Assembly: GCA_963826535.1 (NCBI GenBank)
Contig: CAWGXL010000010.1
Span: 234,814-298,813 of the forward strand
Direction: 5' to 3'
DNA length: 64,000 bases
DNA from: an uncultured bacterium
GTDB lineage: Bacteria; Patescibacteriota; Microgenomatia; Levybacterales; UBA12049
Below are positions 40,746 through 51,179 of this stretch, one piece after another. The notes under the pieces were generated by a model. That model worked only from the letters and a program-made list of their open reading frames with translations. It did not search any database and was not told the DNA's origin. A program made the translations under genes and the position numbers. Every line of letters begins with the position of its first letter. Position 1 is the stretch's first letter.

Positions 40746-40950
40746 GTCCGATTTCCATTAATAATGAAATTACCGACTGGATTTTTTTAATGCTAACTTG
40801 TGGATACTCCTCTTTCAAAGACTCAGTTGTATATCCTTGTTTTACAAGTTCCTTTATTCGTTCTATCGGAATTCTTGTCCCCGCAATTACAGGCGTCCCA
40901 CCAAGGATCTCAGGGTCAATAATGATGGTTTTTGATAATTTTGTAATCAT
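40702..40950 (-). CDS. DUF433 antitoxin
   Basis: IDPEILGGTPVIAGTRIP...EEYP. Confidence 0.9.
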   Translation of the reverse strand: MITKLSKTIIIDPEILGGTPVIAGTRIPIERIKELVKQGYTTESLKEEYPQVSIKKIQSVISLLMEIGLDDFKKTYKTQAAA

Positions 40951-40996
40951 GGCCTGTTAAGTATATAAAATATAATTCCTTTTGACAAGGATCTTA

Positions 40997-43900
40997 TCAG
41001 CCGACAGCATTCTTCGGAGAACTAATTGTATCAACAATTATAATCATTTTATCATTTTTATTATCCAGTTTTCCTTCCAGCACAATCACAGTATCATTCA
41101 ACAGAAGCGTTTTATACCTCTCAAAAGTTTTTGGAAATATAATACACTCAATTTGAAAGCCATTCTCATTGCTTATAGTCAAAAAAGCCATTTCACTGTT
41201 TGTCTTTTTGGTAAATATTCGTTTTGCATTTTCAATAATACCTCCGACCTTAACTCGCGCTCCTTCGCGCTCGTCTTGCAAAAATTCAAGCTCATGGCTT
41301 AGGACAGATTTAATTTTACTCAGTGCATCTCGATGCGGATGTGAAGTTAGATAAAATCCCAAAAATTCTTTTTCAAACACAAGCTTTTCTTCACCGGTAA
41401 AATCATCTACATCAACAGCGGAAAAATCTATAGCTTTCGAGTCTTCTGATTCACCAAATAATGACCCTTGCCCGTCGGACGCCTGTTTTTTCAACTGATT
41501 TGCTTTATTTACAATCTCAGGATAAACTATCAAAAGTGAAGCCCTCTTACCAAAAGAGTCCATTGCACCGGCTTTAATAAGGCTCTCCATTGTTTTCTTA
41601 TTAACTGTAGACAAATTTACTCTTGCGCAAAAATCTGCAAAGTTTATAAAATTCTTAACATTGCGGACCTTTAGTATAGCATCAATCGCTGCGCTCCCAA
41701 CATTTTTAATCGCTGATAACCCGAAACGAATTTTGGTGTTTTCCTCAATTGTAAAATCACTTTCAGATTTATTAATATCAGGAGAAAGAACAGGCACATT
41801 CAGTCTTTTACATTCCCCAATAGCCAACGCAATTTTCTCGTTTTTTACGGGACCCGTAGAACCCCTTGATTCAGCAGTTAATAGTGCAGTCATAAATTCT
41901 ACGGGGAAATTTGCTTTCAAATAAGCTGTTCGGAAAGAAATAGTCGCGTAACATGCAGCATGCGCTTTATTAAATCCATAGCCTGCAAAAGGAGCAATCA
42001 AATCAAAAAATTCCTCCGCTCTTTTTGCACTTAATCCATTTGCAACACAACCCTTAATAAATAATTCCCTTTGCTTTTTCATTTCAGATGGAATTTTCTT
42101 ACCCATAGCTTTACGGAATTTGTCCGCTTCCAACCAACTATATCCCGCAAGGGCGATAGCAGTTAATAAAACATCATCCTGATAAGTAAGCACACCATAA
42201 GAATGCTTCAAAATATCTTTTAATCTTGGATCAGGATAAGTAATAAGTTTTGGATTGTGCTTCCTTCTAACGAACTCAGGAATATTTGCCATAGGACCGG
42301 GCCTGTACAATGCAACCATTGCTTGAAGATCAAAAATCGAGGTCGGTTTAAGTTCCTTAATATTTCTGCGCATTCCTGGGGATTCTAATTGAAAAATTCC
42401 TGTTGTTTCCCCGCTCGATAAAAGATCATAAGTTTTTTTATCATTTAATGGTGCTTTTGTTAAATCAACCACTTTATCTTGATTTTGTTTTATAAATTTC
42501 AGAGTCTCTTCAATTATTGTTAAATTGCGAAGTCCAAGAAAATCCATTTTGAGTAAACCTACCCCATCTTCCCCCACTGTATACATATCGTATTGAGTAA
42601 CTATTTTATCCCCATTCGTTTCTCTCTGAAGCGGTGTGTATTCAGTTAGTGGTTTATCGGCTATGACGACACCGGCTGCATGTACAGATGCATGACGCGC
42701 TACGCCTTCAAGTTTTTTGGCTAAATCCAAAAGTCTTTTTGTTTCAGGTTCGGTGTCATAAGCCCTCTTAAGATCAGGGCTTTGTCCTAGTGCAGTATCA
42801 ATTGTCATTGCATGTCCCTGCCATCCGGGTGGGATCATTTTGGAGATCCTATCCGGTCCTGCATATGGCATCCCAAGAGCTCTTCCTACATCACGCACAG
42901 ACCCCCTCGCTTCCATCGTGCCAAAAGTAATAATTTGCGCTACCTTATCCTCGCCATATTTTTTTATGACGTATGCGATTACTTCATCGCGCCGTGTATC
43001 TGCAAAATCCAAATCAAAATCAGGAGCAGATGGACGCATTGGATTAAGAAAGCGTTCGAATGGAAGTTCAAAATAAAATGGGTCAACATCTGTTATTCCC
43101 AAAGCATATGAAGCAACTGAGCCTGCTGCAGAGCCTCGTCCGGGGCCTACCAAAATATTATGATCTTTCGCCCAATTTACAAAATCTGATACAACCAGAA
43201 AATACATATCATAATTTCTTTTTGAAATAACCGATAGTTCATAGTCAACTCTCTGTTGAATTTCAGGTGTAATTTTGTTGTATCGCTTATTTAAGCCTGC
43301 ATAAACTTCCTGTTTTAAATATTCATCCGCATTTAGATTGTCAGGAACTTCAAAAATCGGCATATGCCATTTACCAAGTATGATTTCTACGTTGCATCGC
43401 TCTGCGATTTTCGTTGTATTCTCAATCGCCTCAGGAATATCTAAAAATGAGCCGTTCATCTCTTCGCCACTTTTAATATAAAAATCAGGTGAGCTTATCA
43501 TGGAGAGCTTTCTTTTCTTTTCTAAAATATTTGTTTGTGTTTGCACGCACAGCAATATTTCCTGCGCCTCAGCATCTTGTTTATTTATATAATGGTTATC
43601 GTTTGTCGCGACAACAGGTATGCCTAGTTTAGATGATAACTTCAAAAGTTTTTGATTAACATTTTCCTGCGGAGGAACATTTATATGTCTCTGCAATTCG
43701 AAATAAAAATGATCCGGCCCAAAAATATCAGCCAATTTAACCGCCCTTTTCTCAGCGGTAGCTTCTTCATTTCGCATAATCGGTTCGCTAACATATCCGT
43801 TCACACACGCGCTAAGGCAAATGAGTCCCTCATGGTACTTAGCCAGCAAGTCAAGGTCTGATCTAGGTTTATAATAATATCCATCCAAATTTGATATGCT

Positions 43901-44218
43901 CACGATCTTCATCAAATTCTTATACCCAATATTATTTTCAGCAAGCAGCACCAAATGATTATAGTCTTTATCAACCCCTGCCTGCTTTTCATACAGCGAC
44001 CTCTTTGCTACATAAATCTCGCATCCGATAATAGGCTTGATACCCATTTCACGGCAGTTTTGAAAGAATTTAATTGCCCCATACATATTCCCATGATCCG
44101 TAATTGCCAAAGCCGTCATTCCCAAATCCTTTACCCGCTGAATCATATTTTTCACTTTAGAGAGCCCGTCAAGAAGAGAATATTCCGAATGATTATGTAG
44201 ATGCACAAAATCCGCCAT
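40997..44218 (-). CDS. dnaE: DNA polymerase III alpha subunit
   Basis: FVHLHNHSEYSLLDG, GPGRGSAAGS, PDFDLDF, YGFNKAHA. Confidence 0.98.
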   Translation of the reverse strand: MADFVHLHNHSEYSLLDGLSKVKNMIQRVKDLGMTALAITDHGNMYGAIKFFQNCREMGIKPIIGCEIYVAKRSLYEKQAGVDKDYNHLVLLAENNIGYKNLMKIVSISNLDGYYYKPRSDLDLLAKYHEGLICLSACVNGYVSEPIMRNEEATAEKRAVKLADIFGPDHFYFELQRHINVPPQENVNQKLLKLSSKLGIPVVATNDNHYINKQDAEAQEILLCVQTQTNILEKKRKLSMISSPDFYIKSGEEMNGSFLDIPEAIENTTKIAERCNVEIILGKWHMPIFEVPDNLNADEYLKQEVYAGLNKRYNKITPEIQQRVDYELSVISKRNYDMYFLVVSDFVNWAKDHNILVGPGRGSAAGSVASYALGITDVDPFYFELPFERFLNPMRPSAPDFDLDFADTRRDEVIAYVIKKYGEDKVAQIITFGTMEARGSVRDVGRALGMPYAGPDRISKMIPPGWQGHAMTIDTALGQSPDLKRAYDTEPETKRLLDLAKKLEGVARHASVHAAGVVIADKPLTEYTPLQRETNGDKIVTQYDMYTVGEDGVGLLKMDFLGLRNLTIIEETLKFIKQNQDKVVDLTKAPLNDKKTYDLLSSGETTGIFQLESPGMRRNIKELKPTSIFDLQAMVALYRPGPMANIPEFVRRKHNPKLITYPDPRLKDILKHSYGVLTYQDDVLLTAIALAGYSWLEADKFRKAMGKKIPSEMKKQRELFIKGCVANGLSAKRAEEFFDLIAPFAGYGFNKAHAACYATISFRTAYLKANFPVEFMTALLTAESRGSTGPVKNEKIALAIGECKRLNVPVLSPDINKSESDFTIEENTKIRFGLSAIKNVGSAAIDAILKVRNVKNFINFADFCARVNLSTVNKKTMESLIKAGAMDSFGKRASLLIVYPEIVNKANQLKKQASDGQGSLFGESEDSKAIDFSAVDVDDFTGEEKLVFEKEFLGFYLTSHPHRDALSKIKSVLSHELEFLQDEREGARVKVGGIIENAKRIFTKKTNSEMAFLTISNENGFQIECIIFPKTFERYKTLLLNDTVIVLEGKLDNKNDKMIIIVDTISSPKNAVG

Positions 44219-44295
44219 AATTAAGTAACACTATTATAGTTTCTCAAACCAAACTTGTCGAGGCTTTATTCCAGGGGAGTTCAAACATACTTTTT

Positions 44296-44367
44296 CACTT
44301 AGCGACCCCGATGTTACATCGGGGGAGTCGAAGTGCATCTATAACGAAGCCTTCGACAGACTCAGGC
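44296..44367 (+). repeat. Family C hairpin with nested perfect palindrome, plus a gccttcgacagactcaggc hairpin
   Basis: cacttagcga[ccccgatgttacatcgggg]gagtcgaagtg matches cacttagcga[atgtaat]gagtttagtg at 52659. Confidence 0.75.
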
Positions 44368-44410
44368 AAAATTATTTGTTTCAGAAGCGTGAACTGTTAC
44401 TTCAAATGTG

Positions 44411-44806
44411 TTAAGGGAGGCGTAACCACATCCTCACTCCATTCAAATCTAGTCTGAAGCTTGCTCTTCTGAGCCCTTTCGCAATTCTCCTCGATCGTTT
44501 TGCTTCTTTTTGATATATTGTTTGAAGATTTGGTGAAGAATAAAAATTTTCGGCAAGCCTGTCATAGCTTTCTGCGGATCTTGTATATGCGTGCGACAAT
44601 ATGTGTCCTTTTTGGCTAAGATATAAATCAGCACCACGAAGGTGGCTGGCTGTTACCTTCCGAGACCCCCCATGCGCCTCCTCCCACGCAAGCTTTGCTT
44701 TTGTCTTGCTAGAACTCCTGAAAACTGCTTTAGCAATATTATCGCTAGGCCCGGTTCTGGTTTGTTCTATCCTCTTTTCAATATATCTTATTGCTAATTC
44801 CACCAT
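44411..44806 (-). CDS. Hypothetical basic protein
   Basis: 131 aa ATG-initiated ORF with upstream TTGACA and TGCTATAAT; no recognised motif. Confidence 0.6.
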   Translation of the reverse strand: MVELAIRYIEKRIEQTRTGPSDNIAKAVFRSSSKTKAKLAWEEAHGGSRKVTASHLRGADLYLSQKGHILSHAYTRSAESYDRLAENFYSSPNLQTIYQKEAKRSRRIAKGLRRASFRLDLNGVRMWLRLP

Positions 44807-44913
44807 AAATGAAATATATGTCTAGAATTATAGCACAGCTTGTTTGCGTGTCAATTTTTTAACTTTTCCGGCTTTAAGAATTGTTACACTTTGTTTACGA
44901 ATTAATCTATTAA

Positions 44914-46341
44914 CTATTTCAAACTACTTTCAATGGTTTTTCGAACAATCGTCGCGTCGACTTTTTTCCCGATCTTTCTCATTGTCTGTCCCACCAAAAA
45001 CATAATAGAAGCTTCTTTTCCTTTCTTATAATCTTCAACAGCCTTTCCGTGCTCCTTTATCACTTGACCTATTATTTTTTGCAACTCATCCTCATCAATC
45101 ACTACTCTAGTTTTAGCTCCGGCTATCTGTTTTACCAAATCACCAGGCTTTACCTTATTGATATTAACCTTTTTATTAATAATCCAATTAGCAATAGCCT
45201 TTGGCTCAACTCTTTCTTTATTATTTCTTACCGCATTTTCAAAATAGTCAGCCATGTTTTTTTCTCTGCACAAAATTTCGGCATCATAAAACGTGAGTCC
45301 ATATTCTGTCTCAAATCTTGCCACTTTTTTATCCGGCAATTCTGGCACCAAAGCAATCAGACTGCTAAGTTGCTCTCCCGTCCATCTAATTGGAGGAATA
45401 TCGGGGTCTGGAAAATATCTGTAATCCTGCGCTTCCTCTTTCAATCGCTGAGAGAAAGTTTTTTGCCTATCCTCATCCCAACCTCGGGTTTCCTGAACCG
45501 GAATTTTTCCTTCCACTAGTATTTTCTCCTGCCTTTTCAATTCATAAGCAATCGCTTTCTCAACAAATTTAAAAGAGTTGATATTTTTAACTTCCACCTT
45601 ATATTTTGGCAATTCGTCATTCTGGAGCGAAGCGATAGAATCTACTGCAGGGGATCCTATCGTGGTCGTTGCCACTCCAGGATGACTGCGAAGCGAAATA
45701 TTCGGTTCAAGACGCATCTCACCTTTTTCCATGTCAGCATTCGACACATCTAAATAGCGTACAATCTGTTGAAGTTTTTGCAAATATTCTTTTACCTCGA
45801 TTGCGCTTTGAAAATCAGGCTCAGTTACGATCTCGACCAATGGCACACCACTCCTATTGAAATCAATAAATGATACCTTGGGAGGAGGATTACTTTCGAG
45901 TATACCAGTGAGTTCTTCGTCTTTAGTATACCAAGCAGAACCTCCATGGTGAGTTAGCTTAGCAGTGTCTTCCTCCATATGAACCCTGCGGATACGTATC
46001 AATTTTTTATCGGACAAAACAATATGTCCTTTCTCAGCGAACGGCTGATCGTACTGACTTATCTGATATCCTTTTGCCAGATCCGGATAAAAATAATTTT
46101 TGCGATCAAACTTTGAAATCAAAGGAATCTTACAATTTAAAGCCATCCCGATCATTACGCACCACTCAATTGCTTTTTTATTAGGCACCGGCAATGCGCC
46201 AGGTAGTCCAAGGCAAACAGGGCACGTGTGTGTGTTAGGTTCTTTTCCAAAATATTCCGTACTGCACCCGCAGAACATCTTTGACTTAGTCTTGAGTTCC
46301 ACATGTACTTCTAGTCCGATTACAGGTGTGTATTTATTCAT
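44914..46341 (-). CDS. gatB: Asp/Glu-tRNA amidotransferase subunit B, with two loop insertions
   Basis: IGLEVHVEL, FDRKNYFYPDL, HMEED, EVKNINSF, DYRYFPDPD. Confidence 0.97.
   Translation of the reverse strand: MNKYTPVIGLEVHVELKTKSKMFCGCSTEYFGKEPNTHTCPVCLGLPGALPVPNKKAIEWCVMIGMALNCKIPLISKFDRKNYFYPDLAKGYQISQYDQPFAEKGHIVLSDKKLIRIRRVHMEEDTAKLTHHGGSAWYTKDEELTGILESNPPPKVSFIDFNRSGVPLVEIVTEPDFQSAIEVKEYLQKLQQIVRYLDVSNADMEKGEMRLEPNISLRSHPGVATTTIGSPAVDSIASLQNDELPKYKVEVKNINSFKFVEKAIAYELKRQEKILVEGKIPVQETRGWDEDRQKTFSQRLKEEAQDYRYFPDPDIPPIRWTGEQLSSLIALVPELPDKKVARFETEYGLTFYDAEILCREKNMADYFENAVRNNKERVEPKAIANWIINKKVNINKVKPGDLVKQIAGAKTRVVIDEDELQKIIGQVIKEHGKAVEDYKKGKEASIMFLVGQTMRKIGKKVDATIVRKTIESSLK
45616..45686 (+). 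repeat. Family A palindrome inside the gatB reading frame
   Basis: gtcattctggag...gatagaatct..ggatcctatc...ctccaggatgac; reads SHPGVATTTIGSPAVDSIASLQND on the - strand. Confidence 0.88.
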
Positions 46342-46355
46342 AGTTATTTTCTATT

Positions 46356-46457
46356 TGTCATTCCGAGCGACTGGAAGTAGTCGAGGAATCTCCTACCAAT
46401 GAGCTAATAAGTGGTATGAGATCCCTCCACTTCGCTATCGCTTCGGTCGGGATGACA
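46356..46457 (+). repeat. Palindromic repeat family A, between gatA and gatB
   Basis: Arms nearly identical to 15423-15557. Confidence 0.92.
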
Positions 46458-46461
46458 ACTT

Positions 46462-47868
46462 TTATATTTTTGGTTTCTTCAAATACAATGGATTTTCCGA
46501 TTCATACTGATAAGCTAAATTAAGTACAGTTTCCTCTCCATACTGCCGCCCAATAATCTGCATACCAATGGGCATTTTTTCCTTTGAAAACCCAACAGGC
46601 ATATTAATGCCTGTTAGACCGGCGATGGACGAAGGCTCAACAAGGACATCCATAATCTCCCCAAACATTGGATTATCTTTCGTCGCCCCAATCTTAAGTG
46701 CCGTAACTGGAGTTGTGGGACTAATAATAGCATCTACTTTCTCATATGCTTTCATAAAATCCTGAATAATCATTGTCCGCACCTTTTGCGCCTTTTTATA
46801 ATATGCATCATAATATCCACTAGAAAGTGCGTATGTTCCAAGCATTATGCGCCGCTTTGCTTCTTCGCCAAAGAAAGAACGGTCTTTACCATATCGGATA
46901 CCGTCATACCGTGCTAAATTTGATGAAACCTCAGACCTTTGCAAAATCGTATAAACATCAATTGCATATTTCGGGTCAAACAACTTAACCTTTTTTATTA
47001 TATGACCATGCTTTTGCAGGACTTTAATTGCGTCTTCAACAGAAGCTACGATTTCAGGATCAACACCCGTGAAATAATCATCTGAAATACCGATTGTCAT
47101 TTTTCTTGATCCCTTTAAATTCCTGGAATAGTTTTTTACTACTTCCTGAGATGTAGTTGCGTCATTTGGATCATTTCCTGCTATTACTTTAAGTATAAGT
47201 GCTGCATCCTCGACAGTCTTAGTAATTGGTCCCGGACTATCCAGAGACGAACCCATGGCTATCACTCCATATCTGCTAACTCTTCCATAAGTTGGTTTAA
47301 ACCCAACAATTCCACACCATGCGCTAGGCTGTCTAATTGAGCCTGCAGTTTCTGATCCAACAGCTGCTACGCACTCATCAGCACACACACTTGCCGCAGC
47401 CCCGCCCGATGAGCCACCTGGTAATTTATTAATATCCCATGGATTTCTGGTTGTTCCATAGTCAGATGATTCAGTTGAAGAACCATGTGCCCAAGCATCC
47501 ATATTTGTTTTACCTAGCAAAACAATTCCTGCATTTACCAATCGCTCTACAACGGTCGCGTTGTAGGGAGGTATAAACTTATCTAGCACATTGCTCGAAG
47601 CTGTTGTACGAATTCCGGTAGTTAAAAAATTGTCCTTAATAGAAAAGGGGATTCCAAGAAGTGGAAAGTCGGCCCCGGTTGCTAATAAATCATCTGCCTT
47701 TTGCGCGTCTTCCAGAGCACGTTCTTCTGTTACAGTCACAAACGCGTGAAGTTTGGGTTCAATTTTATTAATTCTTTTTAAATATTCTTTAGTAAGTTCT
47801 GAAGAAGAAAATTTCTTTTCTTTAAATTTCTTTTTTACGTCTTTTATAGTTAGTGAATGGAGATCCAT
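46462..47868 (-). CDS. gatA: Amidotransferase subunit A
   Basis: KDN, PGGSSGG, GSETAGSIRQP, SNLARYDG, RRIMLGT. Confidence 0.97.
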   Translation of the reverse strand: MDLHSLTIKDVKKKFKEKKFSSSELTKEYLKRINKIEPKLHAFVTVTEERALEDAQKADDLLATGADFPLLGIPFSIKDNFLTTGIRTTASSNVLDKFIPPYNATVVERLVNAGIVLLGKTNMDAWAHGSSTESSDYGTTRNPWDINKLPGGSSGGAAASVCADECVAAVGSETAGSIRQPSAWCGIVGFKPTYGRVSRYGVIAMGSSLDSPGPITKTVEDAALILKVIAGNDPNDATTSQEVVKNYSRNLKGSRKMTIGISDDYFTGVDPEIVASVEDAIKVLQKHGHIIKKVKLFDPKYAIDVYTILQRSEVSSNLARYDGIRYGKDRSFFGEEAKRRIMLGTYALSSGYYDAYYKKAQKVRTMIIQDFMKAYEKVDAIISPTTPVTALKIGATKDNPMFGEIMDVLVEPSSIAGLTGINMPVGFSKEKMPIGMQIIGRQYGEETVLNLAYQYESENPLYLKKPKI

Positions 47869-48158
47869 TAATCAATATCCTCCTCTAATATTGCCGGCAC
47901 GACAAAAAATCCTTTATAAGTTTTCTTCGCGTTCATCAAAGCACTTTCCTGCGAAAGCGAGGGTATTACTTTATCATCCCGCCAGACATTAACCAGATTA
48001 TTTACCTCATTTGTTTCAGCTATGCTTGCTGTATCAATTTCCTTTAGTCGTTCAACATGTTTAAGAGTTTCTTCCAGTTGTTCTGCAAGTGACTTTTTTT
48101 CTTTCGCTGAAATAGGAAGATTTGCCAATTTAGCCACATGGCTAATATCAATTTTCAT
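47868..48158 (-). CDS. gatC: Amidotransferase subunit C
   Basis: HVAKLANL, WRDD, ALMNA, FFVVPAI. Confidence 0.93.
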   Translation of the reverse strand: MKIDISHVAKLANLPISAKEKKSLAEQLEETLKHVERLKEIDTASIAETNEVNNLVNVWRDDKVIPSLSQESALMNAKKTYKGFFVVPAILEEDID

Positions 48159-48263
48159 GAACCTATTATATGCACTAGTCTATTTTTTTACAACTATTGA
48201 AATATTAATCAAAAGCGAATCTTAAGTTTTTCGATTAAGAGTTGTGAATTGTACTAAGCCAGG

Positions 48264-49064
48264 TCAAATTAAAGGTGGATGATTTTCTTGTGTTGCTAGT
48301 ATTTTAGCGTTCTTTATTTGTCTGGCAAGGTGAAAAGTATTTATGTATGAATTATTAGAAGATCTGGTTTCGTGAATCAAATCTCGCATGTCATCCCAAA
48401 AATGACCCCCAACACTTAAGTCAGATGCTCTATCTGGTCGAAGTATTTTCAAATACGCACCTAGGTCTAATGCCATTATTGCAGCTTCTCTTTTCGCAAG
48501 CCATTTAGGAGATTCTATTTCTGCACCTAATCTATTAAATACATCTTGACCAAAATTCCATTCATCGCCACTTATTCCCATTTCATGAGCTCTTTCAGGA
48601 GCAATGATTGAAAGATTAGCTCCCAAAGCAGCCATATTATGATCATAAAGCTTATGTACATCTTGCAAAACCCCGCCTCCAATTTTTCTTGAGGTCCTTA
48701 TAGTCCGTAACGCAACATATACAAGTCTTGGATATGAAAATTCATCAACAGGAATTTCGGGAATCTGACTAAAAGTAGTCTTAGCTGCCGCTGCTAATTC
48801 CAGTGCTCCCACTAAATCTGGAACAGTCGTTACATATTTTTCTTGTGTATCAATTTCTTTATTAATTTCTTGAAAAAAATTAAGATTCAAATCCAAATAT
48901 CTAAGTATTGGATGACCAGGAAGGATTGTTTTCAGATCTGCGCCTAAAAGAATATGGTCTGGTTTTCCTTTTGTTATATCCAACTTCTTTCCTAGGCGAT
49001 CTAAATCACCTGTAGTTAATTCCCTGACTGGATCATAAAGCGGTCCAGCTTTTATTTCATGCAT
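48264..49064 (-). CDS. Hypothetical protein
   Basis: 266 aa ORF; TATAAT 6 nt before ATG. Confidence 0.7.
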   Translation of the reverse strand: MHEIKAGPLYDPVRELTTGDLDRLGKKLDITKGKPDHILLGADLKTILPGHPILRYLDLNLNFFQEINKEIDTQEKYVTTVPDLVGALELAAAAKTTFSQIPEIPVDEFSYPRLVYVALRTIRTSRKIGGGVLQDVHKLYDHNMAALGANLSIIAPERAHEMGISGDEWNFGQDVFNRLGAEIESPKWLAKREAAIMALDLGAYLKILRPDRASDLSVGGHFWDDMRDLIHETRSSNNSYINTFHLARQIKNAKILATQENHPPLI

Positions 49065-49117
49065 ATAGTAATTATACTACAAATAGTGGAAACATTAGGT
49101 TAAATTTTATAACACCT

Positions 49118-49885
49118 CTATGATTGATCGGCAAGGTTTAATCTATTCAATACTGCATTTTTTGCCTTATTCTCCAATTCATCATCAAGCGCTATCAATT
49201 CAACTTTATGCTTATACTTAACCTCTAATGCCTTCTTAATAACATAATCTGCAATATGAGGATTTTTCGGCAAAAGGGGACCATGCAGATAACTTCCTAT
49301 TGCATTTTTATATAAAACACCTTCAGTACGGTCTTCTCCATTATTCCCAAATCCTTTTATAACTTTCGCAAACGGCTTTGCGGATTTTCCCAAAAAGCTT
49401 CTTCCCCCATGGTTTTCAAACCCCACAATTATTTCATCCTCAAGCTCAGGAATTAATATCTTCGCAACAACATTACCAATACATCGTGGAATATTTTCGC
49501 CTGGATGGACAGAATTCATATCAAATATCCCAAGACCTTTTATCCGTTTTCCAACAGCAGGTTCATAATAATTTCCCATAAGTTGTGGGGACCCGCAAAC
49601 GAAAAGGGCTGGAATATTATTCTCGATCAAATCTATTATTATCTTCCCCTTCTCGCCTTCCAGGTCGTTTATAACAATTTCCTGTTCCCGATCCTGAGCT
49701 CCACCACCAAAAAAAATATCTACCTTTCTTATTTCACCCAATTTCGTTTCAGTAGTTATTGGAAGAACGAGTACTTCAATTTCTCTCCAGTCACAACGTT
49801 TTTGAAACACTATAATATTCCCACGATCCCCGTAAGTACTCATAAGCTCGGGATATAACCAACCAATGGTAAGCTGATATTTCAT
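49118..49885 (-). CDS. gatD: CobQ-like glutamine amidotransferase GatD
   Basis: YGDRGN, GGGAQD, VCGSPQLMG, GFENHGG, YLHGPLLPKNP. Confidence 0.9.
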   Translation of the reverse strand: MKYQLTIGWLYPELMSTYGDRGNIIVFQKRCDWREIEVLVLPITTETKLGEIRKVDIFFGGGAQDREQEIVINDLEGEKGKIIIDLIENNIPALFVCGSPQLMGNYYEPAVGKRIKGLGIFDMNSVHPGENIPRCIGNVVAKILIPELEDEIIVGFENHGGRSFLGKSAKPFAKVIKGFGNNGEDRTEGVLYKNAIGSYLHGPLLPKNPHIADYVIKKALEVKYKHKVELIALDDELENKAKNAVLNRLNLADQS

Positions 49886-51162
49886 AGTATCCTCCTTCCA
49901 GTTAGAATTTTACGCACCTCAAGCATCGCCGAATAAGTAGGAAGAATAAACAGCTTTTCATCCTCTCCAACCAGATCTATTCCGGTACTTACGGCATCTT
50001 CTATCTTTTCAATTGTTTGAAAATTTTTGTACCCTTCATATTTAATACGTAAAGCCATATCATATACTCTGTCACCTGTAATAATTATATGTTTAAAATC
50101 TTCTATTCCTGGCAGATCAACATCCCAAATCCAGGATATGTCGCGGCCATCTGGTATTCTATCGTTCAAAGCTAAAATTAGAGTTTTCGCCTCAAGCTCC
50201 TTAATCGTGGTATATGATTGATTAAAGCTTGTTGGATTTTTGGAAAGAAAGAGCTGGACCTTCTTTCTCTTGTAAATTATTAATTCCTGCCGTCCAAAAG
50301 CAGGAGTAAAACCTTTTAAAGCCTGATTAATATCATCCTCAAGGAGACCGATTGTTTTTAAAAGCAGTACAGTTGATAGAATATTATATCTATTATACAA
50401 ACCGGGTAATGGGTAATCTGCTATATCGAGTGTCAATCTAGGACGTGTAAATTTACATTTATTGCAGCTATAATCACCAAGATGGGAAAAGAAAATCTTT
50501 TTATAATTTAACTTCGTCCCACAATTTGGACAGTAAATTGAATCTGCTGCATGCTGTTGAATAATGTTACTTTGATTTAAATCATTGAGACCAAAAAACA
50601 GCTTCTGGGCTTTCATATTTTTACCTAAAAACGCAATTTGGGGGTCGTCCGCGTTCAAAATAAGTGTTGTAGAGGAAGGCATTTTTTCCAGAGCTAACTT
50701 CCATTTTTTTGCAATAGTTTGCACTTCTCCATACCTATCAAGTTGATCGCGGAAAAGATTAAGCAAAACAATATAATTTGGCGTTAATTCTTTTAGTGAA
50801 TGAGGCAGGACGTTCTCATCAACTTCAAATATCGCATAATCGCAATTCAAATTTCCCGTCATATTGCAGTTAAGGATTAAAGCGGATGCAATGCCATTTA
50901 GTAAATTTGCCCCCGACTGGTTCTGCAAAATCTTTTTCCTGTTTGTTTCAAGTACTGTTCTAATTAGCCTCGCGGTTGTAGTCTTCCCATTTGTTCCGGC
51001 AATAAGTATTGTTAGTAGTGAAGATTTAGAAATCATTTCCGAAATAAAATTTTTATTTATTCCCAATGCAATATGTCCCGGCCAAGTTGAGCCATTACCG
51101 AAATTTGTGATTCTGAAAAATTTAGATATAATTTTTCCGAAAATAATTAATAAGAGATTCAT
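49882..51162 (-). CDS. murT: Lipid II isoglutaminyl synthase subunit MurT
   Basis: GTNGKTTT, GANL, NLFRDQLDRYGE, CPNC..CNKC, KNP, DGRDISWIWD. Confidence 0.92.
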   Translation of the reverse strand: MNLLLIIFGKIISKFFRITNFGNGSTWPGHIALGINKNFISEMISKSSLLTILIAGTNGKTTTARLIRTVLETNRKKILQNQSGANLLNGIASALILNCNMTGNLNCDYAIFEVDENVLPHSLKELTPNYIVLLNLFRDQLDRYGEVQTIAKKWKLALEKMPSSTTLILNADDPQIAFLGKNMKAQKLFFGLNDLNQSNIIQQHAADSIYCPNCGTKLNYKKIFFSHLGDYSCNKCKFTRPRLTLDIADYPLPGLYNRYNILSTVLLLKTIGLLEDDINQALKGFTPAFGRQELIIYKRKKVQLFLSKNPTSFNQSYTTIKELEAKTLILALNDRIPDGRDISWIWDVDLPGIEDFKHIIITGDRVYDMALRIKYEGYKNFQTIEKIEDAVSTGIDLVGEDEKLFILPTYSAMLEVRKILTGRRIL

Positions 51163-51179
51163 TCTGGAGGCAAAAACTT

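Noticed and set aside
44395-44410. Possible displaced gatB end (TTG AAG TAA, LK*) after the 44411 orphan
   Set aside because: Too short to distinguish from chance.
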